Positions 51,054 to 58,807 of a DNA stretch of 64,000 nucleotides are shown one piece after another. The DNA lies in IMG/VR virus record IMGVR_UViG_3300007171_000004, positions 236,537 through 300,536 of that record. One strand, given 5' to 3'. Every line of letters begins with the position of its first letter. The stretch's first letter is position 1. This DNA comes from a virus. Its lineage: Duplodnaviria; Caudoviricetes. The position numbers and the translations under genes are program-made. The notes under the pieces are model-generated. The model saw nothing but the letters and a program-made list of their open reading frames with translations, searched no databases and had not been told where the DNA came from.

Positions 51054-51115
51054 GTTTTTCAGATTGACAAATGCCAAAAAATGCCCCCCATTTCTGGAGG
51101 GCTGGTTGGTTGATT

Positions 51116-51481
51116 TTAGAACAACCGGGAATATGGTTTGGTTGCCAATGCACCGTCTGGTATGGCAATGCTGTAGTGGTTGCTAAGTTTACCGAACAGG
51201 TTTGGGAGGCTCTTGTGGAGGTGTGCAAAGGCGAATGTCTTGCCCTTGGAGGTTACCTTCATCGATACGTGAACACGGTTCAGAGCGTCAACGTAAAGGT
51301 GAACATCGACCTCAGAAGAGCGGAAAACGACATATTCGTTGCTGTCCACCTTCTCAGATACACGCTCATAGGACGCAGGGAGAGACTCTGCAAGCGTATT
51401 AATGAAGGCATCCAAAGCACGGGGCATGGACACAGGGGCGACATTGAGGAATGGTTCGGAGACAAAGTTTACGGTTTTCAT
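51116..51481 (-). CDS. High-GC cassette hypothetical protein
   Basis: RBS aagga; terminator ~51076-51102. Confidence 0.7.
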   Translation of the reverse strand: MKTVNFVSEPFLNVAPVSMPRALDAFINTLAESLPASYERVSEKVDSNEYVVFRSSEVDVHLYVDALNRVHVSMKVTSKGKTFAFAHLHKSLPNLFGKLSNHYSIAIPDGALATKPYSRLF

Positions 51482-51530
51482 TGGTTATCCTTTCAAAGCC
51501 CCCTGTAGTGACCTACAAGGGGCATATAGA

Positions 51531-51845
51531 CTATTCTGCGATGGTCTTTCCGGTGTTATCGGCAATAAGAGCATTGAAGAAGAATGTCTCTGCCTTGATA
51601 CGGGCATCCAAGAGCATGACAGACTTTTCAAGGAATCTTACAGATTCAATCTTGTCCTGAAGAATCAGTGTCATGTGAGCGTTACGGGTTGTTTCGTTGG
51701 TTCCGAAACCTTTGTACTCTTCGGACGCTTGAATCTTTGCCTCAGAGAGCAGGAGGTCAAGTTTAGCGTCCATGAGAAGGGACGTAGCCCCTGCCTTTTC
51801 GGTGAGCAGGTCTTTGAGAGTGGTTGCGATGGTCGTAGTGTTCAT
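51531..51845 (-). CDS. High-GC cassette coiled-coil protein
   Basis: RBS ggag; promoter TTGCAA-17-TATACT 51885-51913. Confidence 0.75.
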   Translation of the reverse strand: MNTTTIATTLKDLLTEKAGATSLLMDAKLDLLLSEAKIQASEEYKGFGTNETTRNAHMTLILQDKIESVRFLEKSVMLLDARIKAETFFFNALIADNTGKTIAE

Positions 51846-51934
51846 ACGGTTCTCCGGTCAGTGTAGCCCGATTGCTACAGGAACAGTATAGGAAATATTT
51901 AATGACATTGCAATGGCATTTTGAACTATTTTTT

Positions 51935-51990
51935 ATTATTTAAAACATTCCTTCGGGGGGTTAACCCCCCGACGACTGGAAACAAATAAT
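51935..51990. repeat. 56-bp symmetric element, copy 7
   Basis: Core at 51953-51972; within 99-bp repeat 51911-52009. Confidence 0.95.
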
Positions 51991-52040
51991 GTTTTTCAGA
52001 TTGACAAATTATAAAAATAGGGGTAGTTAACCCCTATTAA

Positions 52041-52334
52041 TTAATAAATAATGTTAAGGAATTTAGTCTTAACACAACGTCCTTCTTTATTAAGAAATTG
52101 TGCAATTCTCAGGATATTTACAATATCATAACCGTTGCCAGTATCACAACATAAATTATATGCATCATAAAGGTTACCTTCAAGAATCTGCCCAACAAAT
52201 CCGTGATAACGCAAGCGGGATGCATTTTCGTTATCCATGAAAGCTTGGAAATCTTCGATTATGTTTGCGATAGGATAATAAGTTTCACTTACAGGCTTGC
52301 CCATAAACATCAGTACAGTTTCTGTCATCATCAA
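52041..52334 (-). CDS. Single-gene cassette, hypothetical protein
   Basis: RBS aaggag; extended -10 TGaTATAAT; terminator ~52016-52038. Confidence 0.75.
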   Translation of the reverse strand: MMMTETVLMFMGKPVSETYYPIANIIEDFQAFMDNENASRLRYHGFVGQILEGNLYDAYNLCCDTGNGYDIVNILRIAQFLNKEGRCVKTKFLNIIY

Positions 52335-52388
52335 ACTCCTTACATGAATATTATATCAAAAAGTACAATGAATTTCTGACTTTTATTT

Positions 52389-52445
52389 ATTATTTATATC
52401 TTTCTGTCGGGGGGGTTAACCCCCCGAGGACTGGAAACAAATAAT
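52389..52445. repeat. Symmetric element, copy 8 (G7 variant)
   Basis: Core at 52407-52427. Confidence 0.95.
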
Positions 52446-52507
52446 GAAAAATAGTTTAAAAAATGGCAAAAAATCCCCCCATTTCTGGGGGGAATGTGGT
52501 AGGGAGG

Positions 52508-53836
52508 TTAGACCCCTACCATCTGATACTTTGCAACGATGTTCTCCGGGAGAGAGGAGGCACTATCGGAGAGCGTTCCCCAACGCTTCTGTATCGCCTT
52601 CAGGTCTGCATCAATGGACGGTGCAAGGATGATGCTTGCGGTCGTTTCCATCTGTTCACGGAGAACACCGGAGAATGCTTGCGCCCCTCTTGTGAGACCG
52701 TTTACAAGACCGAATGCCGTTTCGTGGGCAATGTCTCCAGATGGTTCCTGAAGCGTCTCCAGATAACCTTGCGACCATGCACGACCCTGCTCTATGGTCA
52801 TCTTGTTGTCACGGGCTACCTTAGCGATAACCTGCTGTACATTCTTGACCTTGACCTGTTGGGTGAGGTTCATCAGGGTGAGAATGGCGTTGCCTTCAGA
52901 CAACGCCAGAATAACAGCCTCCCGAACCTGTAGACGGATGTTGTCCTTGTCGATGGTTCCAAGGTGCTTTTGGTTGATGGCAATCTCAGAGTTACGCCGT
53001 CCCCATATCATGCCATTGAGACAGATGGCACGGAACAGGAATGGAGAAATCTTGAATGCACCGTTGCGAATCTCACTGTTGCGGAATGAGATGCCCACGC
53101 CGTAATCAGAATCAGGCTGTTGCTTGATGTAGTCTGGCAGGAGGATGTTGCCTTGAATATCATCTCCATTGTTGAAGAAATGGGATGCCAGAGCATCATT
53201 GAGGTTGCTACCAGATGGCAGAGCATCGGCGATAAACTCCAGAGCGTCAAGATTGTCCAATACACCGTACCGACCAGAGCAAACAGCACGAACAACAGGT
53301 GCATCACCCTCTTGACGGAGACGGAGACGAAAGTTCCGTGCGTCACGGTCACGCTCTCCATTGTTCCATTCGCTTTCACGCTTGGTAAGTTCGGCGTTGA
53401 AATACTTGGGAATGTCGGTCTCAAAACCTGCATTGACCAAGTAGGAAACAGTGGTGGAAGGAATCGGGGTGAAGGTGCGGAGGGATTCCAAACCGTCTGC
53501 GTTGATAGCCGTGCCATCGGTCAAGCGGTCATAGGATGCCAAGCGAACCTCAGACTCCAAGACAACCTTGTCGAACTTGCCTTCGTGTTGATTGCGAACA
53601 ACGGAGAGAGCATCTGACATAGGTGTACACTTGTCCTGCCATACCTTTGCTACATGGCGGTGGGTTGCGGATGATTCCAAGCCAATAGCATTCTTCCATG
53701 TGCCGTTAGCATCTTGCTTTGCAACGGAATCAGGGCGAACCTGCAAACCTGTCTCTGCACCGAAAACCTGCGTGTTAGGGGAGACTACAGGGACGTTGTC
53801 CCCAATCTCAAGGATACCGAATCTGTCTTTGTTCAT
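52508..53836 (-). CDS. DUF932-family protein (high-GC single-gene cassette)
   Basis: VRAVCSGRYGVLDN, GISFRNSE, FLFRAICLNGM, KHLG; RBS aggag; terminator ~52468-52493. Confidence 0.8.
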   Translation of the reverse strand: MNKDRFGILEIGDNVPVVSPNTQVFGAETGLQVRPDSVAKQDANGTWKNAIGLESSATHRHVAKVWQDKCTPMSDALSVVRNQHEGKFDKVVLESEVRLASYDRLTDGTAINADGLESLRTFTPIPSTTVSYLVNAGFETDIPKYFNAELTKRESEWNNGERDRDARNFRLRLRQEGDAPVVRAVCSGRYGVLDNLDALEFIADALPSGSNLNDALASHFFNNGDDIQGNILLPDYIKQQPDSDYGVGISFRNSEIRNGAFKISPFLFRAICLNGMIWGRRNSEIAINQKHLGTIDKDNIRLQVREAVILALSEGNAILTLMNLTQQVKVKNVQQVIAKVARDNKMTIEQGRAWSQGYLETLQEPSGDIAHETAFGLVNGLTRGAQAFSGVLREQMETTASIILAPSIDADLKAIQKRWGTLSDSASSLPENIVAKYQMVGV

Positions 53837-53930
53837 TCCAAAATCTCCTGTAGCGGTCGGCTACGAAAAGATTATATCGAACTGTCAAGGAAAAACAATA
53901 AAAAACTACGCTGATTTTGAACTATTTTTT

Positions 53931-53986
53931 ATTATTTGTTTCCAGCCTTCGGGGGGTTAACCCCCCGACAGAATGTTTTAAATAAT
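53931..53986. repeat. 56-bp symmetric element, copy 9 (inverted)
   Basis: Core at 53949-53968. Confidence 0.95.
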
Positions 53987-54101
53987 CTTTTTTAGTTTCA
54001 AATTGACAAAAAAAATATCTTTAAACCTTGTGATATTTAAATTTATATCCTACAATGTTGTATAGGATATTAATAATCATTTTTGAAAGCGGTGTGACTC
54101 T

Positions 54102-54521
54102 ATGATATTAAAAATCAAAAATCTTGTGGAAGAATATGCAGATATATTCCCTCATAGGACGTTGGATATTTTGCCTCAAATCTCAACGAAAAATGATAAA
54201 ATATTGCTTAAGTATAGAAGTAATTACACCATGAGTAATTTTTTAATTTGTTGTGGTAATTACAGGGATAAGCATGGCAAGGTATTAGATTTAAAATATA
54301 CTGATATAAAAGATGCCATGAGAATGAAGGCTGAAGATTTTTATATTTGGGGTTATTTAGAGGAGCAAGGTTTTTCTGAATTTGAGATGAAACTTTCAGA
54401 TTTCTTTTCTTATAAGCCAGAATCTTTTTATAATCTTGACTCGAAAATCTGGGTAGTAAGAGACTCGAATTTTTCACCCATGACATTAGAGGAATACAAA
54501 TACACCAAAAGATTGTTCTGA
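54102..54521 (+). CDS. Hypothetical protein
   Basis: 139-aa ORF. Confidence 0.65.
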   Translation: MILKIKNLVEEYADIFPHRTLDILPQISTKNDKILLKYRSNYTMSNFLICCGNYRDKHGKVLDLKYTDIKDAMRMKAEDFYIWGYLEEQGFSEFEMKLSDFFSYKPESFYNLDSKIWVVRDSNFSPMTLEEYKYTKRLF

Positions 54522-54624
54522 GAGTTTGCATAAGAGATTGTATCATGCTCGAATTTTGTATGCTCGAAAAAGTGCTATGCTCGAAAAAGAAAAATCCCAC
54601 CTTGATTAGAGATGGGATTAAGAA

Positions 54625-54696
54625 CAGCTCCAGTAAGAATCGAACTTACAATATGGCTTTAGAAGAGCCGTGTTATATCCATTTAACTATAGAGCC
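54625..54696 (-). tRNA. tRNA-Arg(TCT)
   Basis: Manual cloverleaf GGCTCTA/TGGAGCT, anticodon loop CTTCTAA, T-loop TTCGATT. Confidence 0.9.
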
Positions 54697-54717
54697 TTAA
54701 CTGACTATATTATACCA

Positions 54718-54864
54718 CTATTTTCCGTATTTGCTATTAATGTCATCAACCATTTTAATCAATTTATCAAGCCGTTTACAGAGATAATAATTTGCGACAA
54801 AGATAGGAATTGACATTATAATTCCTAATACCATTCCTCTGACAAGTGCTTCGAGTAAATTCAT
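54718..54864 (-). CDS. 48-aa membrane peptide
   Basis: Manual translation MNLLEALVRGMVLGIIMSIPIFVANYYL.. Confidence 0.4.
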   Translation of the reverse strand: MNLLEALVRGMVLGIIMSIPIFVANYYLCKRLDKLIKMVDDINSKYGK

Positions 54865-55011
54865 TTTTTTTAATCTTTCTTTTTGAGTGATTTATATTCT
54901 TTCAGGGTTTTTCGCAGCATATAGATTTGAAAGAATATTGGAACGTATAATAAAATAAATAAGACGATGAATATAGTATAGAGATTGTGTTTAATAAATT
55001 CCATGTCTCTA

Positions 55012-55299
55012 TTATATCACACATCTATTGAGACTGTCTTGTTCTTGGAAATATTTTGTTGCTTCTAATGCACATTTCCATCCAAACAATTTATCTTGGA
55101 CTTGATTAAAATTAAAACCTAAAGAGACAAAATCAATCCATTCATTTTCTGTGATATGATAAATGATTGTTACGAACCAATTATCTTCTGATGAATCGTA
55201 TCTGGAGTTTTGAGCCATATCGAAAAATAAAATAATAGAAGAGTTTTGATTAATTTCTTCTATTGTGTTTTTGATAACTTCGGCTTGTTCTTTAGTCAT
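55012..55299 (-). CDS. Hypothetical protein
   Basis: 95-aa ORF between tRNAs. Confidence 0.6.
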   Translation of the reverse strand: MTKEQAEVIKNTIEEINQNSSIILFFDMAQNSRYDSSEDNWFVTIIYHITENEWIDFVSLGFNFNQVQDKLFGWKCALEATKYFQEQDSLNRCVI

Positions 55300-55308
55300 A
55301 ATTTAAAA

Positions 55309-55379
55309 AGCTCCATAGACGAATCAAACGCCTACCTAATCTTTACAAGAGAACCGTACTATCTTTATACTAATGGAGC
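55309..55379 (-). tRNA. tRNA-Thr(TGT), atypical T-loop TTTGATT
   Basis: GCTCCAT/ATGGAGC acceptor, loop CTTGTAA. Confidence 0.8.
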
Positions 55380-55388
55380 AAAAAAAGG

Positions 55389-55459
55389 TTCCCAGACAAG
55401 GATTTGAACCTCGATAAACAGAGCCAAAATCTGCTGAATTGCCGTTATTCGATCTGGGA
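55389..55459 (-). tRNA. tRNA-Gln(TTG)
   Basis: TCCCAGA/TCTGGGA acceptor, loop TTTTGGC, T-loop TTCAAAT. Confidence 0.9.
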
Positions 55460-55479
55460 ACAATCAAACTAATTATACA

Positions 55480-56238
55480 TCAAAATTCTGGTTTATCAAG
55501 TTTACCAGATTTAATTTTTTCCCAATCACCTCTGCCTGGTTTTGTGATGTTATAGTATTTACACCATTTATTAACAGCATTATCACTAACACCAAACATT
55601 TCTCCAATTTTTATGCAAGGCATTTCCCATACGAGTTTTTCTAAAATTTCTTTGTCTGGTCTTTTAGATACTTTAATAACAGGTTGATAAAATTTTTCTG
55701 GCTGCACTTCTTTAACATATTTTGGAAATAATGTCTTTTGAGCAATAAAAATTTTTTCAGCATCGATAAGTCCGGCGTGTATTTCTCCATGGCAGTTAGA
55801 GCATACTAAAATACACTTGTCTAATTCATCAACAATTAAGTCAAATTTTCTAACATTAATTTCTCCTATATTGAATGATTTAGTTTCTGGATATACGTGA
55901 TGAAAATGTAAAGAGCCAATATACTTGTTATAACCACAAACTGAACAAGCTCCGCCTTTATATTCAATTGCTCTTTCTTTAGTTTTAGTTCTATAGATTA
56001 AACTATAACATCTACTACATTTATCTTTGTGCTTTCTGTGTCCACCTTGATATTTTCTTTCACAAATTTTACAAATCTTCATAACAACTCTTGTGTCATC
56101 ATTTTCTAAACTTCTTGTGTTATGTGATCCAAAAGGTGAACAGTCTAAACAATATTTTCTTTTATCAAATTTTCTTACTTTTCCATCTATGAACATACTA
56201 CATGGAATTTTATTGTTACACTTTAAACAATTTCTCAT
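55480..56238 (-). CDS. HNH homing endonuclease with Zn fingers and C-terminal HTH
   Basis: YKGGACSVCGY, LHFHHV, CILVCSNCHGEIH; lies inside tRNA cluster. Confidence 0.85.
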   Translation of the reverse strand: MRNCLKCNNKIPCSMFIDGKVRKFDKRKYCLDCSPFGSHNTRSLENDDTRVVMKICKICERKYQGGHRKHKDKCSRCYSLIYRTKTKERAIEYKGGACSVCGYNKYIGSLHFHHVYPETKSFNIGEINVRKFDLIVDELDKCILVCSNCHGEIHAGLIDAEKIFIAQKTLFPKYVKEVQPEKFYQPVIKVSKRPDKEILEKLVWEMPCIKIGEMFGVSDNAVNKWCKYYNITKPGRGDWEKIKSGKLDKPEF

Positions 56239-56333
56239 AATTTCTCTTAATGGTGTTCAGTTCGATTTGACACCAATTAAGTTATACATATAAAATTAAA
56301 AAAAACTCCTTTGAAATTAATCAAAAAAGTTTA

Positions 56334-56405
56334 TAGTCTGTAGGGGAATTGAACCCCTGACTCATCCGTGAAAGGGACGCATCTTAACCACTTGACCAAC
56401 AGACC
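56334..56405 (-). tRNA. tRNA-Glu(TTC)
   Basis: GGTCTGT/ACAGACT acceptor, loop CTTTCAC. Confidence 0.92.
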
Positions 56406-56436
56406 TCGAAATTTATTATATCTCGAAATTTTAAAA

Positions 56437-56509
56437 CTCCTCGGCCAAGATTCGAACTTGGGACATACAAGTTAACAGCTTGTCGCTACTACCACTGAGC
56501 TACCGAGGA
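56437..56509 (-). tRNA. tRNA-Asn(GTT)
   Basis: TCCTCGG/CCGAGGA acceptor, loop CTGTTAA, TTCGAAT. Confidence 0.92.
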
Positions 56510-56576
56510 CCATCACTCTTATTATACACCATCTCTCGAAAATCGCAATGGATGTTCGAAAAACTTACTCGAAAAT

Positions 56577-56750
56577 CTACTGGGGTTTTTTTATATTCCT
56601 GTATAGAGTATCAGCAAGAAGAATGGCAATAAGAGATTGTAATATAAATTCTGATGTCTTAGTTTCCAGCATAAGAAGTTGAAGTCTTACAATTCCCAAG
56701 CAGCAGAAGAATATTACGGATATTACGAAAGTTATTACGACTCGATTCAT
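56577..56750 (-). CDS. 57-aa hydrophobic peptide
   Basis: Manual translation MNRVVITFVISVIFFCCLGIVRL..; RBS aagga. Confidence 0.5.
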   Translation of the reverse strand: MNRVVITFVISVIFFCCLGIVRLQLLMLETKTSEFILQSLIAILLADTLYRNIKKPQ

Positions 56751-56902
56751 TTTAATGTTCCTTTAGCATATAATAAAGAAGAGCAATGCCACGACTCACT
56801 GCTCTTCTTTAGGCTTACTCTGTTATAGAACTATTGGAGGATACGTTCTATAATTTTCAGTTAATATACTCTACCATATTCCCAGTGCGTTGTAAAGTGT
56901 TT

Positions 56903-57157
56903 TTAGTACCTCGAATTCTCTAATCTTTGTGAAATTTTCGTTAAAGTTTTCTTTTTACTTTTAAGAGATTGTTTTGCAAATTGACTATATTGATATTGGT
57001 AGTAATCTGAGAGGGCTTTAGAGCATACTATTCTTCCATCTTCTATATTAATATCTTTTGGCTTACTCGAAATTGTTAAGGCGTTTCCAGCCATCATGCC
57101 AAAGATAAAGATAAAAATAATTGTAACTGACTCGAAAATTGTAAACCTTCTATTCAT
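56903..57157 (-). CDS. Single-TM hypothetical protein
   Basis: RBS gaggagg. Confidence 0.7.
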   Translation of the reverse strand: MNRRFTIFESVTIIFIFIFGMMAGNALTISSKPKDINIEDGRIVCSKALSDYYQYQYSQFAKQSLKSKKKTLTKISQRLENSRY

Positions 57158-57176
57158 AATAACCTCCTCGAAATTT

Positions 57177-57237
57177 CCCCGTCGTCTAGAATCAAATAAC
57201 CTTTTTTAGATTGGTCCGTGGGAAAGTTTTAAATAAT
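57177..57237 (+). repeat. Two decayed half-sites of the symmetric element
   Basis: ccccgt-N11-AAATAAC and ccgt-N11-AAATAAT, both with G at spacer position 7. Confidence 0.7.
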
Positions 57238-57355
57238 CTTTTTTAGACACACAATAAAAAAAGCAGCCTACTAGAATTTAATCTAATAAGCTGCTTCGCT
57301 AATTGTTTGTTATTTTTATTATACTCGAAATCCTTTTAGTTATATTAAGAGGATA

Positions 57356-57751
57356 TTAAAATACAATAAAGTCGTAGTCTCTAACCTTTTGAACAATCTT
57401 TTTATCGTTTACAAGTTGGAGGAATGTGTTACGATTAATAGTGTCGATACTGTCATTGAGAATCGTGGTATTCTTTTTAATTTGTTCTCGAATTTCTCTG
57501 GCAGTTTCTTTGTTGGTTAGTTGGTTCAAATGAATCTTCTTCAATTTGTTCCCTCGAAATTTGTTACTCAGTTTGTGGCTGGCAATGTATTTTATCTTAA
57601 GGTTAGTCTTCTTGCAACCCGAAACTCTGATTAATTTTGATTTCGTATTTGAACTGTGGTAATCCAATGTAATCAATAATATTATGTTTCTTGCATTCTT
57701 CAGGGTTAATGTACCAATCTGCTCTGCCTCTATTAAATACAAGTTTATCAA
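57356..57751 (-). CDS. Hypothetical basic protein
   Basis: 131-aa ORF overlapping clpP 3' end; true start uncertain. Confidence 0.5.
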   Translation of the reverse strand: MINLYLIEAEQIGTLTLKNARNIILLITLDYHSSNTKSKLIRVSGCKKTNLKIKYIASHKLSNKFRGNKLKKIHLNQLTNKETAREIREQIKKNTTILNDSIDTINRNTFLQLVNDKKIVQKVRDYDFIVF

Positions 57752-58253
57752 AATATCCCTTGTCTTGTTCGCAGTTTGTATCTAGTGTTTGATAGAAGAG
57801 ATTTTGTATTCTTGTGGTTTCGTTTGCATCGCTTACTACTTCCTCGAATTTCCCATTTGCTACAGAGGATACATCATGAATCATTACAACGGAGTGTGGA
57901 GTCATGTATCTGTAGCCTTTTGTACCTGCTGTAAGTAAGATAGCACCACAGGACATTGCTTTGCCTATACAGATGGTCGCTACGGGTTTCTTGGCTGTTT
58001 TAAGGACATCTAGAATGAAAGAGAGGGCATATACATCACCTCCGAAAGAATCAATGTATATGGGGATTACAGGTTGGTCGTTGTTATTTGCTTTGGTGAA
58101 TTCCTCGAAAAACGTCTTGTTAGCGGTCTCATCAAAGTCGTTAACCCACACTGATACTGGAGTGTGGGTTGATTCCTCAGGTTTAGTTGTGAGGTGGTTG
58201 TCGTAGATGTAATTTATATTAAGATATGAATTAAGATTTAAGAGTTCTGACAT
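57603..58253 (-). CDS. clpP: ClpP-family serine protease
   Basis: IYIDSFGGDV, CIGKAMSCGAILL, VMIHD, DWYINPEEC..IIDYI. Confidence 0.85.
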   Translation of the reverse strand: MSELLNLNSYLNINYIYDNHLTTKPEESTHTPVSVWVNDFDETANKTFFEEFTKANNNDQPVIPIYIDSFGGDVYALSFILDVLKTAKKPVATICIGKAMSCGAILLTAGTKGYRYMTPHSVVMIHDVSSVANGKFEEVVSDANETTRIQNLFYQTLDTNCEQDKGYFDKLVFNRGRADWYINPEECKKHNIIDYIGLPQFKYEIKINQSFGLQED

Positions 58254-58289
58254 TTTAATTCTCCTTTATAGAGTGTTTCTGTCATATCT

Positions 58290-58514
58290 TTATATTATCT
58301 TTTTAATATCCTCGAAAATCTTAGCATCTAGAATCTCATCATGTGGTTTATTATTAATTGTTCCTAGATAAGTTGTTGTATTGAAACTTAAAAAATTATG
58401 GATAAGAACATGGAAGTTGCCTTGTTGGTCTTTCCCCCAGATGCTCTCGCCATTTTTACGGTGGAATAGTTGTAGATTTTCTAGGTTTTTAAAAATAGTA
58501 ATGTAATCTGTCAT
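58290..58514 (-). CDS. Hypothetical protein
   Basis: RBS agga; terminator-bounded. Confidence 0.6.
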   Translation of the reverse strand: MTDYITIFKNLENLQLFHRKNGESIWGKDQQGNFHVLIHNFLSFNTTTYLGTINNKPHDEILDAKIFEDIKKII

Positions 58515-58561
58515 ATTGGTTTCCTATGTTAAAAATCCCCTATGTTTCAAGGGGATTAATT

Positions 58562-58807
58562 TTATTCTTCTGTGAATGTTGTCTCTTCGTATTGGAACTC
58601 TTGAAATCCTAATTCTTGGAAGGTTCGTTCATCTGTATGGAATTTCTCTTGTTCGCCTTTGGTCTGTCTCAATCCGATAAACAGGTCAACAAGGGAGCCA
58701 TCGGGGAGAGTGAACCCTATGATATCTCCTTGCCAATTCCTGTGTACTTCGTAGGACTCTGGCACATCAATCATTCCTGTGCATTTGATTTCGTATGTCT
58801 TATTCAT
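58562..58807 (-). CDS. Hypothetical protein, probable paralog of 59541..59768
   Basis: Both G.I.VP..E..FQ/FEYE pattern; RBS ggagg. Confidence 0.7.
   Translation of the reverse strand: MNKTYEIKCTGMIDVPESYEVHRNWQGDIIGFTLPDGSLVDLFIGLRQTKGEQEKFHTDERTFQELGFQEFQYEETTFTEE

Noticed and set aside
45868-53986. CRISPR array interpretation of the repeated palindromes
   Set aside because: Spacing is 440-2000 bp and contains whole genes; no cas genes in the window
45868-53986. Classical integron attC sites
   Set aside because: No RYYYAAC/GTTRRRY ends, the core is perfectly symmetric, cassettes carry their own promoters, and no intI is in the window
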